Positions 8,744-17,933 of a stretch of DNA of 64,000 bases are shown one piece after another (the stretch's first letter is position 1; each line of letters opens with the position of its first letter). This DNA is from a virus. A program made the position numbers and the translations under genes. Where the stretch lies: positions 1-64,000 of IMG/VR virus record IMGVR_UViG_3300032236_001457; one strand, 5' to 3'. Below the pieces are notes generated by a model. That model worked only from the letters and a program-made list of their open reading frames with translations, was not told the origin of the DNA and made no database searches.

Positions 8744-10988
8744 TTTTAACCTTGCTGACAGGAAGGATATCTACAATATTGAGTTTGAGTTCGGTTCCAT
8801 CGACACTGAGTTCTACAATACCGCCATTAGCTAGACTGCCAAATAGGATTTCACGGCTTAATGGTTTCTTGATCTGCTCATCGATAACACGCTGCAAAGG
8901 TCTGGCACCCATTTTGCTATCAAACCCTCGATCGACCAAATATGCCAGTGCTAGAGCATTTGGTTTGACATGAATATTTTTATCTTTAACTAAACTATTG
9001 AGATCATCGATAAACTTCTTAACAATCTTAGTCATTGTATTCTTGTCCAACTTACCAAAGCGGATAACCCCGTCTAGCCGATTGCGGAATTCTGGAGCAA
9101 AGAATTTATTAACAGCATCTTTTGGATCGCCGTCTCGTTCCAGACTACCAAATCCTACGCCGTTCTTTTCAGCATCAGCAGCACCCAAGTTGCTGGTCAT
9201 AATGATGATAGCACTACGAGCATCTGCTTTCTTACCATTGCTACCGGTAATAAATCCATTGTCCATGATCTGTAGTAGAAGTGTTAGCACATCTGGGTGT
9301 GCTTTTTCTACTTCGTCTAGCAACAACACACAATGTGGAGTTTCCTGCAGACTAGTAATTAGTTGTCCAGCATTTTCTTCGAAGCCTACATATCCTGGAG
9401 GACTACCGATGAACTTGGCCACGCTGTGTTTTTCTTGGAACTCACTCATGTCAAACCTAATCAGTTTGATACCCATGTTAAGTGCCAGTTGTTTAGCAGC
9501 CTCGGTCTTGCCTACGCCAGTTGGTCCTACGAACAAGAAACTACCTACTGGTTTGTTCAGACTCTTCAATCCGGCTTGAGCAATAAACACCTTATCAAGT
9601 AGACTTTCAATAGCCTTTTCCTGCCCATACACTTTGGATTTCATGTTCTTTTCCAGTGATTGTGTATTGACATTTTCCTTGTTGTTGATCTGGTCGAAGC
9701 TGAGGTTAGCAAGTTTTGCTACTTCAAAAACGATTTCCTCGTGATCCACAATGCCGCCTTCTTGATCTTTCACTTTAAATCTAGCACAGGCACAGTCAAT
9801 CAGATCAATGGCCTTGTCTGGTAGCTTCTTATCAGTTAGATATTTCACGCTGTATTTGACACTGTCAATTACGGCCTGGTTAGTAATTTTAACCTTGTGA
9901 TGACGCTCGTAGTATTTTTTAATACCTTTAACAATCTTAATTGCAGTATCCTCATCGGGCTCATCGACAACTACACGCTGGAAACGACGCATAAGAGCAC
10001 GATCTTTTTCAAAGTGTTTGCGGTATTCTTCCCAAGTAGTGCTGGCAATAACTTTAATAGTGCCTTTGCCCAGTGCGGATTTCAACATATTGGCCATGTC
10101 GTTGCTGCTGCCATTAGCAGCACCGGCACCATTCATCATGTGTGCTTCGTCAATAAAAAGAATAGATTTGCCTTTCTTTTCAATAGCACCAATAACTGCC
10201 TTTAATCGTTCTTCAAAATCACCACGATATTTGCTGCCTGCTAGCAGTGCGCTGATGTCTAGACTATAGACATTGTGCTCTTGAATAAATTTAGGAACAT
10301 TACCTTCAAAGATTTTACGAGCCAATCCTTCGGCAATAGCAGTTTTACCGACACCGGGGTCGCCGATCAGAATAGCGTTGGCTTTGGTACGACGAGCCAA
10401 CACCAATTCAATTTCTTCAATCTCCTTGTCTCGCCCAATAACAGGATCAATTTTTTTAGACTTGGCTTTAGCAGTTAGATTAGTGCAGAACTGAACAATC
10501 ATGCGTTCTAGCTGTGCTGTTTTAGAATCAGTTGCTGCTGCTTCTTCATCTTCGCGAACTAGCTCTTTCTTAACAAAGTTAATGAATTTGTCTTTGTCAA
10601 TATTGGCCTTTCTAATGAAAAAGCTAGCATGACTTTTCTTTTCAGAAAACATGCTGAGGAAACAATCAACTGGTTCGATGATTTGCCTGCCACTGAACAA
10701 GACCTGTGTAAAAGCACGATTCAACATGCGATCTACAGTGTTGGTCTTTTTGGGTTTTTCTTGTTCAGGATTTACGATTTCCTGTAGATTGTTTTTGATA
10801 TAACTGTCTAGATCTTCTTTGAGAACATTTACATCTGCTCCAAATGCGGTTAGTATTTCAGCAAAGGAATTATTATTGACCATGCTGTATAAAAAGTGTT
10901 CCAATGTAATATATTCATGGTCGTATACACTGGCTATTTTAACAGCATTTTCAAAAATGCTCTCGAGATCTTTATTTGGTTCTAACAT
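8715..10988 (-). CDS. clpA: ATP-dependent Clp protease ATP-binding subunit ClpA
   Basis: Clp N-domain, two Walker A motifs (GDPGVGKT, GPTGVGKT), KYRGDFEERLK, ClpP-docking VGFG loop, GARPLQR. Confidence 0.95.
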   Translation of the reverse strand: MLEPNKDLESIFENAVKIASVYDHEYITLEHFLYSMVNNNSFAEILTAFGADVNVLKEDLDSYIKNNLQEIVNPEQEKPKKTNTVDRMLNRAFTQVLFSGRQIIEPVDCFLSMFSEKKSHASFFIRKANIDKDKFINFVKKELVREDEEAAATDSKTAQLERMIVQFCTNLTAKAKSKKIDPVIGRDKEIEEIELVLARRTKANAILIGDPGVGKTAIAEGLARKIFEGNVPKFIQEHNVYSLDISALLAGSKYRGDFEERLKAVIGAIEKKGKSILFIDEAHMMNGAGAANGSSNDMANMLKSALGKGTIKVIASTTWEEYRKHFEKDRALMRRFQRVVVDEPDEDTAIKIVKGIKKYYERHHKVKITNQAVIDSVKYSVKYLTDKKLPDKAIDLIDCACARFKVKDQEGGIVDHEEIVFEVAKLANLSFDQINNKENVNTQSLEKNMKSKVYGQEKAIESLLDKVFIAQAGLKSLNKPVGSFLFVGPTGVGKTEAAKQLALNMGIKLIRFDMSEFQEKHSVAKFIGSPPGYVGFEENAGQLITSLQETPHCVLLLDEVEKAHPDVLTLLLQIMDNGFITGSNGKKADARSAIIIMTSNLGAADAEKNGVGFGSLERDGDPKDAVNKFFAPEFRNRLDGVIRFGKLDKNTMTKIVKKFIDDLNSLVKDKNIHVKPNALALAYLVDRGFDSKMGARPLQRVIDEQIKKPLSREILFGSLANGGIVELSVDGTELKLNIVDILPVSKVKNDTEETEDQ

Positions 10989-10989
10989 A

Positions 10990-11487
10990 TTACTTGTGCT
11001 TCCTCTTTTGTGTTTTTTTAACTGCTAACGCCCATTTAAGAGTGCTAACTCTATCTTGAAATACAATACCTTCTAAATGGTCTAACTCATGTAAAAAACA
11101 CCTACATTGATAGTCTTCAAACTCACCTTCTTGCCATGCTCCTGTTCTATCCTGCCATCTAGCACGAATCTTGCGTGGACGATTAATTTTAACATAGATA
11201 TTGGGAAAACTCAAGCAGCCTTCCTCTAGTTCGACTAAATCCTCTGTATTGGCCACAACCATGGGATTAAAAAACGCCTGTGCCAGTTTGGGCAGTCGAA
11301 CATGACCCATGGCAAATACACGGGTCGCTATGCCCATTTGGTTGGCAGCCAGTCCAATACCATTGTTGGCCAACATGTTATCTACTAGTAATCGTTCCAA
11401 CTCTACTGGATCCATTATAGGATTGTCAAAGTCAAATTCTGGGCATGTCGATCTCAATGCCTCATTAGGAAAAGTTAATATTGTCAT
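10990..11487 (-). CDS. def: Peptide deformylase
   Basis: GIGLAANQ, EGCLS and HELDHLEG motifs. Confidence 0.95.
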   Translation of the reverse strand: MTILTFPNEALRSTCPEFDFDNPIMDPVELERLLVDNMLANNGIGLAANQMGIATRVFAMGHVRLPKLAQAFFNPMVVANTEDLVELEEGCLSFPNIYVKINRPRKIRARWQDRTGAWQEGEFEDYQCRCFLHELDHLEGIVFQDRVSTLKWALAVKKTQKRKHK

Positions 11488-11495
11488 ATTGGTAT

Positions 11496-12344
11496 TTAAC
11501 GAAACACTTGAGACAGTGCGGCTCGTTGGAAGTCGGTTAGATTGGTTGGTATGCTAATGTTTATAGTCATCAACATTCGACCACGAAATCTAGAATCATT
11601 GATATTAGGCATACCGTGGCCCTGTGCTGCTAGTATTTGTCCTGGCTGTGTTCCAGGATTAATGGTAACCGCTAGGGTTCTTCCATCAATAGTATCTATG
11701 TCAACGGTTTTTCCTAACATAGCATCAACACAGGTAATATCTATATCTCTAACAAGATCATCGCCTTGTCTTTGAAAGACTGGGTGTTCTAATATATTCA
11801 CAGTGAGATGTATATCTCCTCTAGGTATATTAGCATAACTATCATCGCCCATTCCACTTAATCTCAGTGTGGTATTATCCTGTATACCAGCGGGTATTTT
11901 TATTTCAAGTGTTTGATTACGGCCACTGGGCAGTGTAAGATTAGCTAATAATTCTTTGCCGTGGAATGCTTCTTCTAGTGAGATTTGTGTTTGTATGTTT
12001 AGTGTTCGATTACGGGGACCCTGTTGGCGCCGTTGACCGAATATATCTCCAAATGGGTTTTGGCCACCAAACGCATGAGCAAATATATCTTCAAACCCTG
12101 GAGGCATTCCTCCGCCTGTATGAAAGTGGAATCCACCTGGCATACCTTGCGGTTGGGGATTGTCGTATTGTGATCGTTTATCTGGATCACTCAGTGTGTC
12201 GTATGCTGCCTGTATTTCTTGGAAGCGTTGGGTATCGCCGCCCTTATCCGGATGATTTTGGCTAGCTAAACGACGATATGCTCGTTTAATATCTTCTGAG
12301 CTGGCATTTCGATCAACGCCGAGTATTGAGTAGTAATCTGACAT
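11496..12344 (-). CDS. dnaJ: DnaJ-class (CbpA-like) chaperone without Zn finger
   Basis: J domain with HPD, G/F-rich region, DnaJ C-terminal domain. Confidence 0.92.
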   Translation of the reverse strand: MSDYYSILGVDRNASSEDIKRAYRRLASQNHPDKGGDTQRFQEIQAAYDTLSDPDKRSQYDNPQPQGMPGGFHFHTGGGMPPGFEDIFAHAFGGQNPFGDIFGQRRQQGPRNRTLNIQTQISLEEAFHGKELLANLTLPSGRNQTLEIKIPAGIQDNTTLRLSGMGDDSYANIPRGDIHLTVNILEHPVFQRQGDDLVRDIDITCVDAMLGKTVDIDTIDGRTLAVTINPGTQPGQILAAQGHGMPNINDSRFRGRMLMTINISIPTNLTDFQRAALSQVFR

Positions 12345-12351
12345 ATCATAG

Positions 12352-12385
12352 AAAAAGGTATAGCATATAGTATACTATACCTTTT
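12352..12385 (-). terminator. 11-bp inverted repeat with T tract; probable terminator overlapping the promoter
   Basis: aaaaggtatag (12353-12363) / ctatacctttt (12375-12385). Confidence 0.55.
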
Positions 12386-12397
12386 GTGCTGTGTCAA
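12369..12397 (-). promoter_or_regulatory. Sigma70-type promoter TTGACA-N17-TATACT upstream of dnaJ-def-clpA
   Basis: Near-consensus hexamers with exact 17-bp spacer. Confidence 0.8.
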
Positions 12398-12402
12398 TGT
12401 GT

Positions 12403-13155
12403 TTAGTAACCGTAGGCTGCTTTTGTAGCGCTCCATACACCTACTAAAGTTGAACTAGGATATGCTGTGCCATCGATTATTCTAACTTCTCGCATGGCTT
12501 GTGCTGGTTGAACACCACCGATATATTGGTCGTATGCTAATCTTACTGGTATCCCAGATCCTTCGAATGCGGTTGTATTACCACTGGTTGTATATGTAGT
12601 GCCGTCTACAACATAAACTACGGTGCTACCAGTTTGTGATACAGAAATAAAGTGCCAATCATTTGCAGTCAATGCGGTATTTAAAGAGATAGTCTGGTCT
12701 CCTCTATTATATTTTACTAGATTTACTGCGTTACCGCTACTATCGACCCGTAATCCCCATCCGTAGTTCCCGGCATTTCTACTAATTAATGTCATACTAC
12801 CCGAGAAGGCAGGAGCAGCAAACCATCCCATCAGTGTCATAGCAGTTGCTCCAGCTGTAGGAATACTAGAATTATTTGCTGTGGCATAGGTTGAGCCATT
12901 GAAATTGTAGTATTGTGAATTTCCTGCCGACGCATTTGATAGTGTAAAGGTATTACCGCTGCCGGAAATATCGGGCACTGTTGTGCCACTGGTCCAAAGA
13001 CCCATTTCGAATACCACAGCAGGATCTCCTAAAGATGTTGGGCTACCGGTTGGAGTAGTATAACTACCTCCGCCACCTCCGCCACCTGAGCCAGCTGTAA
13101 CTCCATTTCCGATTGTAATGCCTTGTCCGAATCTAATATTGTATGGTGCAGTCAT
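12403..13155 (-). CDS. LamG/concanavalin-A-like domain virion protein
   Basis: FNG..Y, TLMGW, NDWHFISVS...YVVDG pattern. Confidence 0.75.
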   Translation of the reverse strand: MTAPYNIRFGQGITIGNGVTAGSGGGGGGGSYTTPTGSPTSLGDPAVVFEMGLWTSGTTVPDISGSGNTFTLSNASAGNSQYYNFNGSTYATANNSSIPTAGATAMTLMGWFAAPAFSGSMTLISRNAGNYGWGLRVDSSGNAVNLVKYNRGDQTISLNTALTANDWHFISVSQTGSTVVYVVDGTTYTTSGNTTAFEGSGIPVRLAYDQYIGGVQPAQAMREVRIIDGTAYPSSTLVGVWSATKAAYGY

Positions 13156-13334
13156 TTTTTATTAGGTGATGTAGGAATCGCCTCTCCTTCTAGTTTTTTG
13201 TGGACTTTGATTGTTTTACATACTTCAACCTGTTTGCCATTTTTGTCCTCTTTGTGGCAAACTTTTTTCATTTCGGCTTCTGCTTGGGCTGCTGTCATTG
13301 CCAATCCTAGCAATGTTGCGATTAAATATTTCAT
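13152..13334 (-). CDS. Small secreted protein (signal peptide, two Cys)
   Basis: MKYLIATLLGLAMTAAQA signal peptide. Confidence 0.7.
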   Translation of the reverse strand: MKYLIATLLGLAMTAAQAEAEMKKVCHKEDKNGKQVEVCKTIKVHKKLEGEAIPTSPNKK

Positions 13335-13345
13335 AGTATTTTTCC

Positions 13346-13882
13346 TTATAGAATTGGTTGTGGTGGTTGAACTGGAGCAGGTTTCCCACCAAACCCTGCT
13401 ACAACTGGCGCTGCTGAACCAAAACCACTGCCAAATCCGCTAGTTGCGGCCGGTGCTGGCGCTGATCCAAATCCACTACCAAATCCACCTGCAGCTGGTG
13501 CGGGTGAACTAAAACCACCGGCTGCTGGCGTTGGGCTTGTTGGAGGTGGCGTATATGTTGTTCCGAAACTTGATGGTGTAGATAATCCGCCATTGTTTGC
13601 TCCCGCTAGTTTTTCCTGTGTGCGACCAAAAGCAGCAAGACCTAACACGGCACCCATTGCGATGTGATATAGCCCGGCACCTTGCAGTGTAAGTGGTTGC
13701 CATTGACTATTAACTGAACCATGGCTGATACTTTGTAGAACGCTCCATAATATAGGAAATATAACAAAATCTGCCGTACAGGTGGCCATATAGACCCATC
13801 CCATCATAGGACGCCATTTACTATTCATCCAATCTTCTTTTTTCTGTTCGCTTGCGCTTAGTTCAACTTTTTCATCTGCCAT
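13346..13882 (-). CDS. Holin (3TM/GTA-holin-like)
   Basis: WRPMMGW motif, TM helices, G.RT.EK; lies in the lysis cassette. Confidence 0.8.
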   Translation of the reverse strand: MADEKVELSASEQKKEDWMNSKWRPMMGWVYMATCTADFVIFPILWSVLQSISHGSVNSQWQPLTLQGAGLYHIAMGAVLGLAAFGRTQEKLAGANNGGLSTPSSFGTTYTPPPTSPTPAAGGFSSPAPAAGGFGSGFGSAPAPAATSGFGSGFGSAAPVVAGFGGKPAPVQPPQPIL

Positions 13883-13891
13883 GATATTTCC

Positions 13892-14482
13892 TTAAATCCA
13901 AAGTAGCAGCCCTTGGCTACTGAGTAATAAACCTGCCCCTGCTACTACAAAACTGGCCCAAAACATAGGCATACTGACTGCTAGAATACTAGCACTTAGC
14001 AACACAATGCTAAGTTGATATGCAGTGCTGGCATAACCGATCCATGGACTACGCTTTTTGGCTTCGTCGCGGTCGGCTTCTAGCTTCTTGGCCTTTTCAA
14101 ATAATTCTTTCTTGCCTTCGCCTTTTTCGGGATCGCTTTCATAACGATTGATTTTGGCAGTTAGCTCTGCCACACGCTTGTCATCCTTGCGGAAAGCGGC
14201 ATCATCACGAGCATATTCGGCCATGGTCTGTTTCATGCTTTTGGCTTGATAGAATGCCCATACATCATTGGCCTTAATGGTATTGTTTAACACTGTGCTA
14301 GATAGTGTGCCACCATACCACGCATTTACTGCTAGCAGAAGTGCGAACACATTGATGACCAATCCGGCCTTGTCTTTGATCTTAGCTTCGCGCTCGCTAC
14401 GACTACCGGCTGGCGGTTTAGGAGCGTTAGGATCCTTAGGTTGCTTGTTTACCAAGTTTAACATACTGTCGATTAATGCCAT
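13892..14482 (-). CDS. DUF4337-like membrane protein
   Basis: TM segment, WAFYQAKS.K, coiled region, two C-terminal TMs. Confidence 0.7.
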   Translation of the reverse strand: MALIDSMLNLVNKQPKDPNAPKPPAGSRSEREAKIKDKAGLVINVFALLLAVNAWYGGTLSSTVLNNTIKANDVWAFYQAKSMKQTMAEYARDDAAFRKDDKRVAELTAKINRYESDPEKGEGKKELFEKAKKLEADRDEAKKRSPWIGYASTAYQLSIVLLSASILAVSMPMFWASFVVAGAGLLLSSQGLLLWI

Positions 14483-14483
14483 G

Positions 14484-15107
14484 TCATGCTCCTAAAATAT
14501 GTAGTGCGTGTTCGTAATGTTTTTGACGATCCGCTAGTCCTAGCGTTCCACCATTGATCTTTTTAGTCAGTGTAAGTATATCTCCTGCGTCTGCCCACTT
14601 GTTTAAGTTATTACTTTCCCAGAACCAGCAAGCACTTTGAACAGCACCTTCAAATGTTGCTAGATATTCTGGAATGTCGTTAATATCAGTTTCGATGCTG
14701 TCGGCAAAGGCTTGATAGTTGCTGCGACCAGTAAGTTGAATTAGTCCGCGACCGCAAAAACGCCATCCATCGCCACTTGCTTCATTGCCATTACCCATGC
14801 GATTAGCATAAGCACGATTAGCGATAGCCTCTTGATTGTGTGCGTATTGTTGTGCTACAGCAGGATCTTTGAAATACTTAGGCCAAACACGTGAGAGACT
14901 TTCTGCTTTGTAGTTTAGATTTTCTTTAAGGAATTTGAATCCACCACTTTCATGAGCACATTGTGCTACAAAGGCAGCGACACGAGGAGGAGTGTTAATA
15001 TCGTAGTCGGGCAGTGCCTGCTCTAAGGCATGGTGCCAGTGATCCACATAAGGATTACCTGGAATTAATTGTGCTAACTGCTCAAGACTTAGGATAAAAT
15101 CACTCAT
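14484..15107 (-). CDS. Endolysin, glycoside hydrolase family 19
   Basis: AFVAQCAHESGG, GRGLIQLTGRSNY, KKINGG..GL.DR. Confidence 0.92.
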   Translation of the reverse strand: MSDFILSLEQLAQLIPGNPYVDHWHHALEQALPDYDINTPPRVAAFVAQCAHESGGFKFLKENLNYKAESLSRVWPKYFKDPAVAQQYAHNQEAIANRAYANRMGNGNEASGDGWRFCGRGLIQLTGRSNYQAFADSIETDINDIPEYLATFEGAVQSACWFWESNNLNKWADAGDILTLTKKINGGTLGLADRQKHYEHALHILGA

Positions 15108-15715
15108 TTATTAACTTCCTCATATATGCGTTTTTGCTGCTTGTACCACTCCTGCCAAGTAATTAATTTTTCTCGGATTTCGTTGTATTTTCCGTAGTTT
15201 TCGACGACGGTGTCGAGGAGGTCACTTGCTTTAACTCCGGAACTGGCTCCATCAGAAACGGTGGGACTTCCGGAAACTTCATTTTTACTGGCGCTGTTGA
15301 CGAGCATGACTGTAGAAACAGGCAACTCGCACTTAGCATCAAGCTGAGCCCCAGCAACTTCTTTAATGATTTTCTTGTTGGCATTGGTTTTTTCCTTTAC
15401 AATTTTAACCTTTTCCACTACTTTTGTTTCGATAACAGTATTGACTTCTTTAGATTTTGCCTCAGCAACTTGCACTTTGGCTTCCATATCTTTTACTTTA
15501 GCTTCCCAGGCAGCCTGTATTCCGCGGCCACCCTCGTAGTAAACTCCTACTACTGTGAGGACTATACCGATAAGATGAATTGGGAAATTATATTGACTGA
15601 TAAATGTTATGCGTTTCAATATCCAGGAAGCTAGTATCAGTCCAATTCCTGTTGTTACTATAATATGAAACATCCAGGTTGGAAGTAAGCCAATCATCCA
15701 TTCAATTTGCCACAT
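15104..15715 (-). CDS. Rz-like inner-membrane spanin
   Basis: N-terminal TMs plus coiled coil, next to the endolysin, with an embedded lipoprotein ORF. Confidence 0.75.
   Translation of the reverse strand: MWQIEWMIGLLPTWMFHIIVTTGIGLILASWILKRITFISQYNFPIHLIGIVLTVVGVYYEGGRGIQAAWEAKVKDMEAKVQVAEAKSKEVNTVIETKVVEKVKIVKEKTNANKKIIKEVAGAQLDAKCELPVSTVMLVNSASKNEVSGSPTVSDGASSGVKASDLLDTVVENYGKYNEIREKLITWQEWYKQQKRIYEEVNK
15163..15384 (-). CDS. Rz1-like outer-membrane lipoprotein spanin nested in Rz
   Basis: Basic N-terminus, hydrophobic core, lipobox LQSC, Pro-rich mature region; lies in an alternate frame inside Rz. Confidence 0.75.
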   Translation of the reverse strand: MPTRKSLKKLLGLSLMLSASCLFLQSCSSTAPVKMKFPEVPPFLMEPVPELKQVTSSTPSSKTTENTTKSEKN

Positions 15716-15718
15716 ATA

Positions 15719-16477
15719 TTACCACCTTGTTTTTTCTATCACCATACCACGATCACCGTTGCGAATTAAGAATTTGTTCCCAATTTTATCGATATCGTAT
15801 TTGCCCAAATATTTAGTTAGAAACAGACATTGACTCTGGCTGCTCTCGTCTAAACTTAGTCGTCCCGGGACAGTGTCTTTAACTGCTTCGTAATCGCCTA
15901 TGGCAATGAATTTCGCCTCTATAGGACCAGCATATGGTCTGCTAAAAACTAATGTATTATCTGCTTCCAGTGTTACTTCTGTGCTGCCCTGATCAAAGAA
16001 ATCTTTCACATCAACGTTTTTAATTTCTAATATCTTAGATTCGTATTCTTCCGCAGTCATTGGAATATGCTCTAGTATACTTTCTTCTGTAAATTCTACA
16101 CTCTTAGAAGCCTTTTGGTATCTAAAACGCCAATCGTAACTGTCGCATAGTTGTCCAATACCGTTTAATAGTTCTCTCATTTGACCGGGTAATTCTTGTG
16201 TTCTAGGGATTTCTACAAATACCTGATATTGACCGTCGTGCTCTTCACCTGAGCTCATGTCTGCATCGAGAATAAATGAATATCCTTTTTCAATAAATTC
16301 CATTAAGTCCATAGCAGGGGATTTTTCTTTGACTCGAAAACCAAGAACTACAACATCTTGATCCTCACCCATCTTGCTCTTATATTGATCTACAGTGAAT
16401 AGGTCGCTGACCTGTGAATAGAGATCCCCACTGCGGAGACCTTCTGTTAAATTAGATTTCTTCTGGTTCTTCGGCAT
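15719..16477 (-). CDS. Hypothetical phage protein
   Basis: ORF track, 252 aa. Confidence 0.75.
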   Translation of the reverse strand: MPKNQKKSNLTEGLRSGDLYSQVSDLFTVDQYKSKMGEDQDVVVLGFRVKEKSPAMDLMEFIEKGYSFILDADMSSGEEHDGQYQVFVEIPRTQELPGQMRELLNGIGQLCDSYDWRFRYQKASKSVEFTEESILEHIPMTAEEYESKILEIKNVDVKDFFDQGSTEVTLEADNTLVFSRPYAGPIEAKFIAIGDYEAVKDTVPGRLSLDESSQSQCLFLTKYLGKYDIDKIGNKFLIRNGDRGMVIEKTRW

Positions 16478-16991
16478 CTGAAGGTGCCTCCTGTGCTACT
16501 TCGTCTGTTGCTATAGCGTTAGCGCTGTTATAGCGCATGAATTCGGCCATTTGATTATTTTCTTGATTCTCTTTGCCCACATAAATGTCTTGCATTAGTT
16601 TTTTGGGCATTTCAATGGTTACTGTCCATATAGGGTGAGCATCAATTTTTCCCTTTTTAGTTCCTGGTCTGAAGTCGCTTGGATCTTTAATCTTACGAGG
16701 AACTAGAATATGTTCTTTAGCGTAGGTTACACGGCACCCATAATCGTTCAATCTTCTGCCACCTTTGGGGTCGGGCATCTCATCGCGGTCCCACATAAAT
16801 GTGCATTTAACTGTATAACGACCTACCTCAGGACCGCGGCAGAGTTCTCCCTCCTCCCAATTTTTAAAAACATAAACATCTAGTTCGTCAATAACACGTT
16901 CAAAGTCCTTAAGGACCTGAAAAGCGTCATTGTTTTCTCCTAGAGTTTGTAAATTTTTAACTACATCAAGTATATCGTGGTGCATAGGCAT
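16452..16991 (-). CDS. Hypothetical phage protein
   Basis: ORF track; TATAAATA immediately upstream. Confidence 0.75.
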   Translation of the reverse strand: MPMHHDILDVVKNLQTLGENNDAFQVLKDFERVIDELDVYVFKNWEEGELCRGPEVGRYTVKCTFMWDRDEMPDPKGGRRLNDYGCRVTYAKEHILVPRKIKDPSDFRPGTKKGKIDAHPIWTVTIEMPKKLMQDIYVGKENQENNQMAEFMRYNSANAIATDEVAQEAPSDAEEPEEI

Positions 16992-17004
16992 TCTCTTTAT
17001 CTAA

Positions 17005-17012
17005 TATTTATA
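17005..17012 (-). promoter_or_regulatory. T4-type late promoter TATAAATA
   Basis: Exact T4 late consensus 14 nt upstream of 16991, heading the operon that runs into the lysis cassette. Confidence 0.7.
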
Positions 17013-17113
17013 CGTTTTGATCCTAATGTCTATATACTGGCTGTTTATATTGCTTTTTATTTCAATTGAGTAAATACCTATGCAGGTCAATCTTCACGAA
17101 AGGGAGGTTAAAA

Positions 17114-17860
17114 TTGCCTAAAGCTAGAAGAAGAGAACAAGGATCAGATCATGATCCACGCTTTGCTAACAATAAAAACAACTTGATACCCATCAAGCCA
17201 TATCTTAAGAGAAACCAACAGGTACAGATAATTCCTAGAAACCTAAGCCAAGAAACTTATCTAGAACTGTTAAAAAATCCTAAAAAATATATAGTATTTG
17301 CTGTGGGCCCAGCCGGCACCGGTAAAACTATGTTGGCTGTTCAAATGGCAATCAAGTTGTATAAAGAAGGGATGATTAGTAAAATTATTATTACACGGCC
17401 AGCTGTAAGCGTTGATGAGGATCACGGTTTCTTACCGGGTACACTAAATCAAAAAATGGAGCCGTGGACACGCCCGATAATGGACGTTTTTGAAGAGTAT
17501 TATCATCCAAAAGAAATTGCCGACATGTTGGCGGATGGTGTTATTGAAATTTCACCATTGGCCTATATGAGGGGTCGTACATTTAAAAATGCATTTGTCA
17601 TAGCCGACGAAATGCAAAATGCCACGCCCAGTCAGATGAAGATGTTGTTAACTAGATTAGGCGACGGAAGTCGAATGGTAGTTACAGGTGACTTGAATCA
17701 AGCGGACCGTCCTAGGGAGAACGGCTTGCTACAATTTTGCGAACTATACGGCCAAGGGGGTGATTATCGTATGGTTGCGATGGCAAGGTTTGATACAAGA
17801 GACGTTGAGCGCCATCCTGTAGTTAGGGAAGTTCTTGGGATATATAAGGAGGCTGCTTAA
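17114..17860 (+). CDS. phoH: PhoH-like ATPase
   Basis: GPAGTGKT, RPAV, GFLPG, YMRGRTF, DEMQN, TGD..Q.D. The TTG start at 17114 follows GGAGG. Confidence 0.93.
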   Translation: MPKARRREQGSDHDPRFANNKNNLIPIKPYLKRNQQVQIIPRNLSQETYLELLKNPKKYIVFAVGPAGTGKTMLAVQMAIKLYKEGMISKIIITRPAVSVDEDHGFLPGTLNQKMEPWTRPIMDVFEEYYHPKEIADMLADGVIEISPLAYMRGRTFKNAFVIADEMQNATPSQMKMLLTRLGDGSRMVVTGDLNQADRPRENGLLQFCELYGQGGDYRMVAMARFDTRDVERHPVVREVLGIYKEAA

Positions 17861-17887
17861 CAGATATTATTAATTTTTAACCCAAAG

Positions 17888-17933
17888 AAAAATCGCACAG
17901 CATTGACCTGCAAATCAGCTGTGCGATTTTTTT
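17888..17933. terminator. Bidirectional intrinsic terminator
   Basis: aaaaatcgcacagc...gctgtgcgattttt between convergent phoH and clamp loader genes. Confidence 0.8.

Noticed and set aside
419-11775. Numerous + strand ORFs of 60-190 aa in the ORF track
   Set aside because: They are antisense to well-supported - strand genes and show no recognisable motifs. The same applies to most + ORFs across the window, for example 54121..55116.
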